DNA of 62,600 nucleotides, filler included, from Atractiella rhizophila (GCA_021432655.1; 3 parts of 3 records of this genome joined end to end with filler, not necessarily neighbours in it), one strand, 5' to 3'. Shown: positions 1-11,851, counted from the whole stretch's first letter. Notes: generated by a model from the sequence alone, not told the origin. Program-made: numbers and translations.

Positions 1-597
1 CTTCCGCTGGCTACGATCACGACGCCTAATTACTTTGAGGCAGAACTCCTCACTGAAGTCAAGCTGACCAGCCTCTCTGCCATCCGAGAGGCTTTACACA
101 AGTTTCATGGCTTGTACTCTACTCCGAATGTTATCATTTCCTCCGTGTCCCTTCCTCAGTCAGAGCTCAAGATTCTCGATCCTTCAATAGACGACAATGG
201 GACATACCTTGTTTGCGCTGGTTCTTCTGTGCAGAAGAATGGGGAAGAGAAGGCCTTCGCGTTGCTCTTCCCAGCGTTCGAAGAACACTTTGAAGGAGTT
301 GGCGACCTTTTCTCTGCGCTCATCACAGCGCGATTTAGCCCTACATCTTCCTCGCATCCCATCTCTCCTTTAGCTCAAGCCGCAGAGCTCGCTATCGGTT
401 CGCTGCATGGTGTCCTCGTCCGAACTCGTGCGAAGGCGGCTGAGATTGCTGAACGCGACGGTATCGTTTTGAAGGCGTCAGAAGAAGAGGGACCAGAAGA
501 CAGGGTTCGACGCTTGAGGACGGTGGAATTGAGGCTTGTGCAAAGCCAAGAAGAGCTGAAGAATCCTAAGGATATATATGAAGCAGTGAAGCTTTAA
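1..597 (+). CDS. Pyridoxal kinase (Bud16/PdxK family), 3' part; truncated at window start
   Basis: Frame from base 1 reads LPLATITTPNYFEAELL...FEGVGDLFSALI...ELRLVQS*, matching the PdxK TPNxFE, GxGD and C-terminal ELRLIQS motifs. Confidence 0.9.
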   Translation, partial: LPLATITTPNYFEAELLTEVKLTSLSAIREALHKFHGLYSTPNVIISSVSLPQSELKILDPSIDDNGTYLVCAGSSVQKNGEEKAFALLFPAFEEHFEGVGDLFSALITARFSPTSSSHPISPLAQAAELAIGSLHGVLVRTRAKAAEIAERDGIVLKASEEEGPEDRVRRLRTVELRLVQSQEELKNPKDIYEAVKL

Positions 598-655
598 AGG
601 TTGTGTTAGGTAAGCTCGCCTCTTTTCTCGTCAATGCCCGCTGGAGCATGAGGTT

Positions 656-751
656 TGATATGATGAGAAACCATGTGTCGCCCCAGACAGACCCTTTGAA
701 GGGAATGGTGAGAGACACTTGCTATAGCCAAACAAAAGCATCTCTGATTCT
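656..751 (+). ncRNA. Box C/D snoRNA, snR67/U31-like (predicted guide for LSU Gm2619-equivalent)
   Basis: C box ATGATGA 660-666, D' CAGA 688-691, D box CTGA 744-747. Guide ATGTGTCGCCCCAG (673-686) is antisense to conserved LSU CUGGGGCGGCACAU; the +5 rule lands on the second G of UGGGG. Lies in intron 610-817 (GTAAGC...CTGAC...TAG). Confidence 0.8.
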
Positions 752-866
752 GTAGCCTTTCTAACTCCGGCATCCAGTACCATATGAACGAGTCAGCTGA
801 CAGTGTCCTGTGTTTAGATTGTTATTTGAAACCGTCATAAGGTGGGTCTCAAACTCAGCAGTTCAC

Positions 867-941
867 AGAAAGGATGACTTTTCAATGCGTACCATCAAAT
901 TCGGATCCATGATGTCGAACCATTTACATTCCTCTGATCGC
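867..941 (+). ncRNA. Box C/D snoRNA with guide to the 5' region of 18S rRNA
   Basis: Degenerate C box AGGATGA 871-877, guide GTACCATCAAAT 889-900 antisense to 18S AUUUGAUGGUAC, D' CGGA 902-905, C' ATGATG 909-914, D box CTGA 934-937. Lies in intron 842-989. Confidence 0.65.
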
Positions 942-1083
942 ACCTGATTCCAACTCATCCTTAGAATTGACTGACGCCTTGTCTTGCAGGTTGTTGTGAT
1001 ATTACAGGTCTTGTTGTCTCAATATTGTCAAAGGTGAGTCTTATCCTTCCTCTTTTACGTTTATTTCTTTCGAAAGCAAAAGC

Positions 1084-1184
1084 GAAGATGATAAACAACC
1101 ATTCCATGCTAAGACCGATTCTCAAGCCTTAGGGCGAGACCTGACGACGCAAAGGTATTCAACTAAGAACGGCTAGCTGAGCTT
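1084..1184 (+). ncRNA. Box C/D snoRNA, snR53-like (18S Am796-equivalent), with a second 18S guide
   Basis: C-like box ATGATAA 1088-1094; guide ATTCCATGCTAA 1101-1112 antisense to 18S UUAGCAUGGAAU; D' CCGA 1115-1118; C' CTGACGA 1141-1147; second guide CAACTAAGAACGGC 1160-1173 antisense to 18S GCCGUUCUUAGUUG; D box CTGA 1177-1180. Lies in intron 1034-1255. Confidence 0.8.
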
Positions 1185-1453
1185 CTTGCAATTTCCCATT
1201 ATCCAGTGTTGCCACATATCGTTACATGGGGTGCTAACGTTTGTTCTGGTTCTAGGATAAAGTGACCTCTCTAAAGAGGGGATGAAAGATGTCGTGTGTC
1301 GTGGCCCTGCAATGATGATTTCTTCTTCTATCCAGTCATTGCGATAGTCCCAACTGTACTGAACGAGTAAAATGAAAATGAAGGAGCAAACGTCAACGCC
1401 GTATAAACCAAATGCAAACACGTGACTGCCGTGGAGCCACAACCAAACACCAA

Positions 1454-4061
1454 ATGTCGAAACACGCCCGTTCTTCCTCCCCAGCTGCTGCAGAAGAAGC
1501 AGCAGGTAATATACATGATGGAGGAATGGAAGAGGATGATGATGATATTGGTCCATTGCCCATGCCGGCAGAGGGAGGAGAGGAAGAAGGCAGGGCAAGA
1601 AAGAAACGGAAAGGTGCGCTTTCCACATTTGCTCAGGTTAATACAAATTGTGTGGCGGCGTTGATGCCATACCTTGTAGTGGACCCTCACCAGTCACTGC
1701 ATTTGAAGAACTTGCCCTCTGCTCAGAGATACCATCGCTCTTTTATGCATCGAGATGCTCTGCTCTGGACGGTAGCTGCACGGTATGCTACCTGTTCCTC
1801 TGCTGTGCATTGAGTCTCATCGTGGGACTGGAATAAAGGCCAAATCGCATTATCACCGTCTCGCAAGATGGTATCGTCAAATTTTGGCGGAAAGAACCAA
1901 AGTCATCCGCGCTTGAGTATGCCTCCCTGATCTCCTTTACAAATAGCTAATCGCTCGTGTTGACAGTTTTCTTAAGTTAATCCGTTCCCACCTCCACCCA
2001 CCTGCAGCCGTATCACTCTCTTCCGATCATGCAGTCTTCGCAACCTGCGCACCATCTGACACTCCAGGAAAAGGTCAAGAAGGTGTGGTGAAGGTTTTTG
2101 ACGTCGCCAACTGCGGTATGGGTCTCTGTTTCAAAGGGTGAAACGTTAGCTAATTAGTTGAGTCACAGATATGATCAATATCCTTCCCCTCCCATTCCTT
2201 CCTCTCGCCTGCGCTTGGATACACAAAAAGGGCTCCTCTCAGACCTTATTGGCAATGTACATCCTTCTTCAACGAGACAATAGGGATAATATGCACTGAT
2301 TTCAGCCTTTTGTTGTAGATCTGAGGATGGAGGGAACGCGATACGCATCTACGACGGAAGAGGGGATGGAACACCTTTGCATACCTTAGGGGAGGTTCAT
2401 CGAAATCCTGTTCATATACTTGCCGTATGTCCCCTTCCTCTCTGACATGCTTTACCTGAATTTACCGGGCGGCAGTATAACAACGCCTACGACACCGTCG
2501 TTTCTTGCGACACATCCGGGATGCTAGAGTATTGGGACGCTACGGCACCTTTCACCTCTCCACCAGAAGCACCAGGGGTCTGGCGGTTTAAGAGCGATAC
2601 GGATCTCTATACGTTCAGGAAGACCAAAACGCTGCCTACGTCGCTCTCGATCAGTCCAACTGGGCACCATTTTGCTGTGCTCTCCTCCTCCTCGTCAGGA
2701 TCCGCGACCTCTACGACGGCGACCGGAGGTAGAACAGTTCAAATATTTACCTTCGCCACCGGAAAACTTTATAGAAGCTATGATGAATCTGTTCGCGCGG
2801 TGTCAGAGATGCAGCAAGCTGGGACCGGCCAGGGGAGACTGGATGACATGGAATTCGGACGTCGGTTGGCTGTCGAAAGAGATGTCGAACGATCCCTTGC
2901 AGGAGGTGGACTTGTGAAGGAAACAGGAAAGGAGGGTGGGAAAGAAGGGACTGGAAGGCAAGTTAGAAACAGTAATGTCGTATGGAGCGAGGAAGGTGGT
3001 TTTGTGGCTTATGGAGGTTTATTGGGGATAAAAGGTTTGGCTCCTAGCTGAAGATTGAATTTAAGTTGATGGAGTGGGAGTAGTGGTCAATATCACGACA
3101 AGTAAGGTGGTTCGGCTGTTGGGTAAAGAAGAGAACCATCGGTTCCTCCAGCTCGCTCTGTTGCAAGAAAAGCCTGGAAAAAAATTTGGAACCATTGTTT
3201 GTCCTACATCATTTCATTTTGGCTGTGCTGATGCAATGCTATTAACAGGAAGCTGCGGCATCAGACAATCCACTTCTGAACGAAGAAGCGACGCTCTATC
3301 CCATGCTCATCTGCACGGCGTACAAGCGTTCCCGTTTCTTCATCTTCACCACTCTTGAGCCCGAATCCGAAACCTCTCATGGACATCATGGCGACCGAGA
3401 CGTTTTGAATGAGAAACCGACGAGGGAGGAGCTCAACCTTGCGCTCTCTGTCGCTTCAGCGAATGCCGTCCAGCTCGCTAAGGAAGCCACCATCCATACT
3501 ACCGTTGGGGATGTCAAACTTAGACTGTTCCCCAACGAAGCACCAAAAGCAGTGGAGAATTTTTGTGGTCTGGTAAGGAAAGGGTACTATGACGGGATCA
3601 TCTTTCATCGGGTTATTCCGAAATTCGTCGGTCTCCTTCTCCTCTTGTGAAGTAAGAGATTGACACGTTCCTGCGGGAGAACAGATGATACAGACAGGCG
3701 ATCCTTTGGGTGATGGAACTGGTGGAGAAAGTTTATGGGGACGTAACTTCGAGGATGAGTTTCATCCTAAGTTGAAGCACGATCGTCCCTATACGTTGAG
3801 TATGGCGAACGCTGGCGCGAATACGAATGGTTAGTACCTTTCTTCATGTCCATCGGTGGAGACTAATTGCATTCTGTGCGAACAGGTTCGCAGTTCTTCA
3901 TCACCACTGTCCCTACTCCATGGTTGGACAACAAGCACACCATCTTCGGAAGAGCGGTGGCGGGATTGGATGTGATACATTCTATCGAGAATGTCAGGGT
4001 GGATAAGACTGATAAACCACTTGATGATATCAAAATTGTTGGAATTGATTTAGGAAACTGA
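1454..4061 (+). CDS. PPWD1: WD40-repeat plus cyclophilin peptidyl-prolyl isomerase (PPWD1/Cyp15), multi-exon
   Basis: Exons give [50 protein letters not shown], and a cyclophilin domain [45 protein letters not shown]. Confidence 0.95.
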
Positions 4062-4159
4062 TTGCGTAATTTATTCGTTCACCTCGTGCCATGTCTGAAA
4101 AACAAGATCCAATGACGAAATGCAAATGCAGTACTGTGTGTAAGAGAATATAAGACGTA

Positions 4160-5300
4160 TCACAGCTCCGACTTTTCCGACTTCGAACCACTCTTGGGCT
4201 TCACGACCCTAGTGTTCTTCTTCATGTTCTCGAAAAGGTCCTTCATGTTAACCTGGGTCTCGTAGAACTTCTGCAGATAGTCGTAATTAAACTTGCCTGT
4301 CATACACACTCGGTCATTTCCTTTTGCTAGACAGAAAGAGGCGACGAACCATTATAAACCATGTGCTTTATTCCCGCTGCTTGATCCTCAGTACGAATAA
4401 TGACGAGTTGTGCCTCACTTCCAGGCTTGAGATCTAATTTCTTCCTATACTCCTTATATTCATCGTTCCTATCTACGACGAAATAGAAATCGACCCCTTG
4501 TGGAATTCGGAGGAAAGGGCGCGATAGAGAGGAGAGGGAGATGATTTGGGGGTGAAGAGAATGGATTTTGGACGCGAGGAAGGGACGAGAACTTGGTCGA
4601 GTGCCGAAGGGGACTTGATCTTCTTCGCAAACGAAGGCATGTGTGATAGTGCGTCGTCGACAATCGCTTTGGCTGTCCGTGGTCCTTGGTAATCTGCGTT
4701 GCAAGCAGTGTCAGAGTTATGCTGGCTCGAGACCATGATAAATACCTTGAGCTTTCGACTTTCCTCCTCCAAACGTCTTGATCGTTGGGTAACCTATAAG
4801 CCTGTTAGTATGGAAATTGAAGAGCAAGGTATAGAAGCGCGGACCCTGCACGCCTTGCTCCGCGCAGAAGCGCTTGTTTGCATCATCGTCGCAATCGACA
4901 GCCACTGCAAGCTCTTGGTCAGCTTACGATTATGAGGATGTGGAGGAGAAACACCTACCAACGTTCACGAGTCCTTTGAGATTCGAAGCAGCCTTCTCGA
5001 ACTCAGGAGTGAGGCGTTGGCAGTGCTTCAAAGGATGCTCAGTCAGCAACATAAGCTGAACGAGCCTCAACATACACCACACCAAGGAGCTACAAAGGCA
5101 GCTATTGACGCTTTCTGCATCCGCAGTTATTCACATAAGTTGGCTAATGAAGGAAAAGCACGGACATCTGAACCCTGCACGAATTTGCTGAACGTCTTCC
5201 CGGTCAGCATTTTCACCGGTGATTTTGGCCCAAAGAGACCAGCAAGGACTGAGCCGGGAGCGGCAAGAAGGAGAAAAGAGGCGAGTTGGGAGGGCTTCAT
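4160..5300 (-). CDS. Secretory thioredoxin-fold protein disulfide isomerase (Mpd1/PDIA6-like), multi-exon
   Basis: Signal peptide MKPSQLASFLLLAAPGSVLAG; APWCG|HCQRL active site split by an intron; AVDCDDDANKRFCAEQGVQG, YPTIK and DYQGPRTAKAI; ends SEKSEL*. Confidence 0.85.
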
Positions 5301-5672
5301 CGGGGTCTATATGCTCTATCAAACGAGATAATTTCTGGGCTCTGTGAACTTGAAGGTCTCGATCAGAAAGTGACACGTGTCACATTCGGGAACTTCCATC
5401 TTGGGGAGAACAAAAGAACTTGGTGGTGGAACAACTCAACAGTCACAGTTGGCACTATCGAAAGGAAGGAGTACTGGATATCAGCAACAGCTAGAAAGGG
5501 TTTAGAGGTCATCTTCAGAACCGCTGCATCGGCGGAATCTACCATGTGCGCTTCTCGTCTTGCCTACGTGTCCGCGGTGTGGAAGCAGAGGCACCCAGTG
5601 GTTGCCAGTGCTATTGGCTATTGGGATTTTGGTAGACAGGGCATTATGCTAATTGTGGCCACGGAATACAGA

Positions 5673-8369
5673 ATGTCGAGCGTCCAATCTTTCAAATTCA
5701 CGTATCCCGTTCCCTCCATTTTCTCCAATGCAGAAGTCACAACCAATACCCTCTCTTTACTTCGAATCATCATCATCGCGCTCATAGCCGGAGCCGCGGT
5801 CAGCTCTCGCTTGTTTGCTGTAGTCAGGTTCGAGAGCATCATCCATGAATTGTAAGTTGCTACTATCATGTTCTCAGGGCACATGCTAAATAAAGCGCGC
5901 AGCGACCCGTGGTTCAACTAGTGAGCCATTCCATCACTTCTGAAAGTTGAAGTCGAACGTTTTCTAGTCGAGCAACACGGGTATTAGTTCGAGATGGAGT
6001 CTACGTATGTTGCGTTGTGGTTGCAGTTGCCCCATACTGACTGCGAAGCAGGAATTCTGGAATTGGTTCGATCCAACAGCATGGTATCCCCTAGGACGAG
6101 TTGTTGGAGGGACAGTCTACCCTGGCTTGATGCTGACTTCTCACCTAATCTACAACATTCTCCACTTCTTCTCGCTCCCTGTCGACATCCGCAACATCTG
6201 TGTTCTTCTCGCCCCGGCCTTCTCTGGCCTCACCGCATACTCCACGTATCTTCTTGGTAAGGAAGTGGGCAGCGAAGGAACTGGACTCTGGGCCGCATTA
6301 TTCATCGGTATAGTTCCTGGATACATCTCTCGAAGTGTTGCTGGAAGTTACGACAACGAAGCCATTGCCATCTTCATCCTCATGACCACATTCTATCTCT
6401 GGATAAAGGCGCTCAAGCTTGGCTCAACATTATGGGGCTCACTCACCGCTCTCTTCTACTTTTACATGGTAGCTGCTTGGGGAGGATACGCGTTCATCAC
6501 CAACATGCTTCCCCTCCACGCACTCACTCTCATCCTTATGGGACGCTTCACCTCCCGCCTCTACGTCGCCTATTCCTCCTTTTACGCCATCGGCACTCTT
6601 GCATCCATGCAAGTCCCCTTTGTCGGTTTCCAACCTGTGAGGACGAGCGAGCATATGGCTGCGCTTGGTGTTTTCGGTCTTCTTCAGATTGTCGCGTTCG
6701 TGGAACTGGTCAGAAGCCATCTCGGCACTAAACAGTTCAGGACTTTCTTGACCGCTGGTGTCGTATTCATCGGCGTTGGCGGAGCGCTCACCCTCGTGTT
6801 CCTCACCCTTAAAGGATACATTGCACCATGGACGGGGCGGTTCTACAGCTTGTGGGATACGGGATATGCAAAGGTGTGTCAATTGTCTAGTCCATTTGTT
6901 TGTGTTGACGAAAGAGGAATCCTTCAGATCCACATCCCCATCATCGCCTCCGTCTCCGAACATCAGCCCACTGCCTGGCCATCCTTCTTCTTCGACCTCC
7001 AAATGCTCATCTATCTCTTCCCTGCCGGAGTGTACATGTGTTTCCGAGAACTGAGGGACGAACACGTGTTCCTCATTATTTACTCAGTCATGGCATCTTA
7101 CTTCTCGGGTGTCATGGTTCGTCTGATGCTCGTCCTTACACCTGTCGTCTGCGTCACCGCCGCCATGGTGGTTTCCACTATCTATGAGACATATTTGGAT
7201 CCTCTCGAACCAGTTGCCGAGGCAGATTCGAAAACCGAGAAGAATGCCGCCGCAAGCGTTGCGAGCACTTCGTCAAAGAAGAAGAAGGGCGCTTCTGCTG
7301 CTGCCACTACCCCCGCTTCCACAACAGCGACCACCACTGTCGCCCCTCTTCCCATTGTTGAGAACGACGAAATTCCCTCAGTGCGCTCTATCGACGTGCG
7401 CATCATCCTCATCGGCGCCTTCACTCTCCTCCTCTCCATCTTCTGTCTCCACTGCACCTGGGTCACCCAATCCGCCTACTCTTCTCCCTCCGTCGTGCTC
7501 GCTTCCCACAATCCAGATGGAAGCGCGAACATCATCGATGATTTCAGAGAGGCGTATTATTGGTTGAGACAAAACACGGCTGAGGATGCCAAGATCATGA
7601 GCTGGTGGGACTATGGATATCAGATCGCTGGATTTGCTGATAGGACGACATTGGTGGATAACAATACCTGGAACAACACCCATATCGCAACTGTAGGTAA
7701 GGCGATGAGCACGAGAGAGGAGGTCGCGTATCCCATTCTGAGGAAGCACGATGTGGACTATGTCCTGATCATTTTCGGCGGATTGTTGGGATTCTCTGGA
7801 GACGACATCAACAAGTTCTTGTGGATGATCAGGATCTCAGTACGTTCTTGTTGGTTCTGCTTAAGTATTCGTCCTGACCAGTTGGGCTTTACAGGAAGGT
7901 ATTTGGCCTGACGAAGTGTCAGAAAGGAGCTTCTTCACCTCCCGCGGAGAGTATAAAGTAGACGAAGAGGCTACACCAGCAATGAAGAACAGCGTACGTC
8001 CTTTCCTTCTCCACAGCACGTCAAGTTAACACCTTACTGGTGCAGTTGATGTACAAGATGAGCTATTACCGTTTCGCGGAACTCTTCGGTCCTTCGCCAG
8101 CCCTAGATCGTGTGCGAAACCAACGGATGCCAAAACCCGGACCAGTACTTGATACCCTTGGTGCGTCCTTTCCCTCCTTCTCGAACAAAGCACAAACTGA
8201 TTGATGGGCTATTGTGTTGCTGCTGGTAACAGAGGAGGCTTTCACTTCTGAAAACTGGATCGTCCGCATTTACAAAGTGAAGGGAGACGACCCACTCTCA
8301 CGAGATTTGAAGAGCGCAAACTCGTTTGAGGATGGGAAGAAGAGGAAGAGGAAGTCGAAAAGTAAATAG
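5673..8369 (+). CDS. STT3: Oligosaccharyltransferase catalytic subunit STT3, multi-exon
   Basis: RFESIIHE, SVAGSYDNE, SVSEHQP, WWDYGYQI, DNNTWNNTHIA and DINKFLWMIRI motifs. Confidence 0.98.
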
Positions 8370-8504
8370 TTTGCACTTTGAGTAATATATCCGTCCTTTC
8401 TTCCGCACACCTTCAGTTTAGATGTTGCTTGTTGATCGTCATGAACATTGGAACATTGAATGAGTTGAACCCAAGCTGTTAGTACAAGTTGACAGCAATG
8501 TCGC

Positions 8505-10099
8505 TCATTCCGTTACTTCCTCCTCAGCAAAGATTGCAACCTTGGCTTTTGACCCGTCAGCCTTTTGGACTCCTCGAAACATGCCCGTAGAATTGATAGC
8601 AAAGCATTCTGTGGTGCCAATCAGCCTACAACATCTGCGAGCATCGAGAAAAAGAGATGGAAATGAAGGGGAGCCAGACTGACCTCTTCCCTTCCTATCT
8701 ATTCCAATCACTCCTCCACTCCCGCCCATAAACTTAAGTTCAGCGACAACCGCCTCCGCCGCCCTCCTCAGAGATTGGTTCTGAAGCCTCATCCGGGCTT
8801 CTATCTCATGACAGGTGTTCTGACGGATGAAGTAGTCACCATCACCCGTCCCCGAAAGCGCGACAGACCGCCACCTCTTACCCCTCCCTCTCCGAAGCAT
8901 GAAGCCGAAGAGACCGTCGGGAAGGAGAGAAGTGGATGAACGTTTCCATGTGGAGGCGAAGAAGCCGGAACCGCAATGAGGAGTGTCACCAATGCGCCCA
9001 ACCTGCCCTCCGTTGGTTCAGCGAATGTAACACATAACTCAACTTGACTTATTGGACGGAACAAGTTGGATAAGAGGATGAAAAAGGACACACATTCTTG
9101 TTCGTCTTCCCTCCAGTGCTGGTAGCACATGCGACGTCCCCATTCCCGTCCAGTGCAACAGCGCCAACAGTACCTTTGGGCAGATCGTCCCAGATGGTCG
9201 AATACGGATCCCCTTTCTCCATCACTATCTCGTGATCGATATATGCCTTCTCGTCCTCAAACGGATTCTTATCATGTCCCGGGTAAGGGATGTTTTCGTC
9301 AAGACCTAGTCCTCTCAAATGCTCCTTCCACCTCGTCCTTTCAGCAACAGATGAGTGAAACAGCTTCCATCCACTACAAGAAGAAATAAAACAAAATGAA
9401 GGAAGAAGAAGACATACTCGGTGTAGAAATAATCGGCATTCCTCAATTCGAACCCTTTCTCCTCTGCTATCCGTTCAGCGTCTGGACCGCTCAGGAAGAA
9501 GTGCGGGTTGGCGACTGGGTCGAGGTAGAGAGCTTTGGCGAGCGCTATTGGATTCTTGACGTGCGTGAGCAGAGTGATAGATGCCCCGCGACGGGAGACA
9601 GGGATGGTGCCAGAGGATCCGAGTGGAGGCGAGGAGCACATGATGGACGCTTCGAGCTCTTGTTTCCCTTCGACGTTGTAGACCGCTCCTGCGTACCATG
9701 TCAACAGCTGTAATGATAAGAAATACGAGACAGTGTAAGGAGAGCGGCCTACCCCGAGCACAGTTGAACAGTGGACAGTCTGAATTATATGCATTTGATC
9801 AGCACTGGCAGGCGTCGTCACTCGTTCGGAAAGAAGTGCTTACCTTCCATAAACATTACAGCCTTCTCCACAGCATCCAAAGCACTCCCTCCTCCTTTCA
9901 ACACCTCCGTGCCGGCATTCAAAGCGCCTTTCAAAGCTTGACGGTACGCCGCCTGCCTCTCTGGGGGATAACTATGCAGCCATGAAGTCAGTGGGCGGCC
10001 TTATCGTCGTGCAGAAAGGCGTCACTTGGCCCTATTCACTGATCCTGCTCCTCCATGGATGACCAGCGTAGGTGTGTACTTTTTCTTCTTGAACCACAT
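8505..10099 (-). CDS. Isoaspartyl peptidase/L-asparaginase (Ntn-hydrolase, asparaginase_2), multi-exon
   Basis: MWFKKKKYTPTLVIHGGAG start, ELEASIM, GTVGAVALD (catalytic Thr), ATSTGG, GRIGDTP, SGTGDGDYFIR, GGSGGVIG, NSTGMFRG. Confidence 0.92.
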
Positions 10100-10548
10100 T
10101 TTATGCACCTGTCAACAAAAACGGTCTGCTCTGTTGTTCGATGCAATGAGACAATGGTTACCCAGAGAAGTAAAATACCTACATCCAATAAATTTGTATC
10201 TTTCTTCTGGCAGTGTCTTAGACACTGCTCTGGACGATAGCAATTTGAGCTGCAATGCGACAGTCCCTCAACTAAATACCAATCAATTTCCAATCATCAC
10301 GATCACGTGCTAATTACATCTCAATATGACATTATCACGGCTTGGCTCACTATCGTGCGCTATCATAACACGCGAAAGAAACGCGAGAGGAAATAATGCG
10401 TAGCAGCAGCGCGACAAGCAATCATTAGGAATCGACATGCTGTGGTGCATGTCACGTGTTCGCATTCCCAAAAACGCGCTTTATGATCCAAAGTTCGACA
10501 ATTTGTTGATACTCCCACACCAGCCAAGCGAGTTCTTGAGGTTTAAGA

Positions 10549-10856
10549 ATGGATGTCCCCTCCCCTGAGTTCGAAGCAGAGCGCGCCCGCCTACTGTCAT
10601 CCATTTCGCAGGTGCACAAACTCTCCTTGTGAAACAGAGTCGAGCTAACGGAACATGGTGGTGGATGGGACAGAACTTCAATTCGATTTCTGTGAGAATG
10701 AATGCGCTCAGTAGAGAGATCGAGGTAGCTTGTAAGGTGGTAGACTCGGCAGAAGGCGTTTGGAGGCTCTGGGAAGGGTGGAGGGATGTGCATGGTGCTG
10801 GCAGAGAGGAGAAGGTACCTGTCGTTCAGGAAGGGTTGGGGTCAAGTTCAAAGTGA
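10549..10856 (+). CDS. DAD1: DASH/Dam1 kinetochore complex subunit Dad1-like, two exons
   Basis: Spliced product MDVPSPEFEAERARLLSSISQ|NFNSISVRMNALSREIEVACKVVDSAEGVWRLWEGW fits the Dad1 pattern FExxRxxLxxxI...NxLxRxxE...VxxLW; intron GTGCAC..GCTAAC..CAG (10612-10673). Confidence 0.7.
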
Positions 10857-10971
10857 CTGTGATGTTTGTATCCATGTATATTAGGTGCGCCACCCATTTC
10901 TCTCCCTCATTGTGACCCTGATGGGACGATCGAAGATGTTTATTATGAGCGTTGTAACCAACTTTTGCAGC

Positions 10972-11851
10972 NNNNNNNNNNNNNNNNNNNNNNNNNNNNN
11001 NNNNNNNNNNNNNNNNNNNNNNNNNNNNNNNNNNNNNNNNNNNNNNNNNNNNNNNNNNNNNNNNNNNNNNNNNNNNNNNNNNNNNNNNNNNNNNNNNNNN
11101 NNNNNNNNNNNNNNNNNNNNNNNNNNNNNNNNNNNNNNNNNNNNNNNNNNNNNNNNNNNNNNNNNNNNNNNNNNNNNNNNNNNNNNNNNNNNNNNNNNNN
11201 NNNNNNNNNNNNNNNNNNNNNNNNNNNNNNNNNNNNNNNNNNNNNNNNNNNNNNNNNNNNNNNNNNNNNNNNNNNNNNNNNNNNNNNNNNNNNNNNNNNN
11301 NNNNNNNNNNNNNNNNNNNNNNNNNNNNNNNNNNNNNNNNNNNNNNNNNNNNNNNNNNNNNNNNNNNNNNNNNNNNNNNNNNNNNNNNNNNNNNNNNNNN
11401 NNNNNNNNNNNNNNNNNNNNNNNNNNNNNNNNNNNNNNNNNNNNNNNNNNNNNNNNNNNNNNNNNNNNNNNNNNNNNNNNNNNNNNNNNNNNNNNNNNNN
11501 NNNNNNNNNNNNNNNNNNNNNNNNNNNNNNNNNNNNNNNNNNNNNNNNNNNNNNNNNNNNNNNNNNNNNNNNNNNNNNNNNNNNNNNNNNNNNNNNNNNN
11601 NNNNNNNNNNNNNNNNNNNNNNNNNNNNNNNNNNNNNNNNNNNNNNNNNNNNNNNNNNNNNNNNNNNNNNNNNNNNNNNNNNNNNNNNNNNNNNNNNNNN
11701 NNNNNNNNNNNNNNNNNNNNNNNNNNNNNNNNNNNNNNNNNNNNNNNNNNNNNNNNNNNNNNNNNNNNNNNNNNNNNNNNNNNNNNNNNNNNNNNNNNNN
11801 NNNNNNNNNNNNNNNNNNNNNNNNNNNNNNNNNNNNNNNNNNNNNNNNNNN
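10972..11851. other. Assembly gap (N run)
   Basis: Run of N. Confidence 1.

Noticed and set aside
6439..7749. Antisense and alternate-frame ORFs over STT3, ARB1, Btz and other genes
   Set aside because: Shadow ORFs of well-supported genes with no independent motifs.
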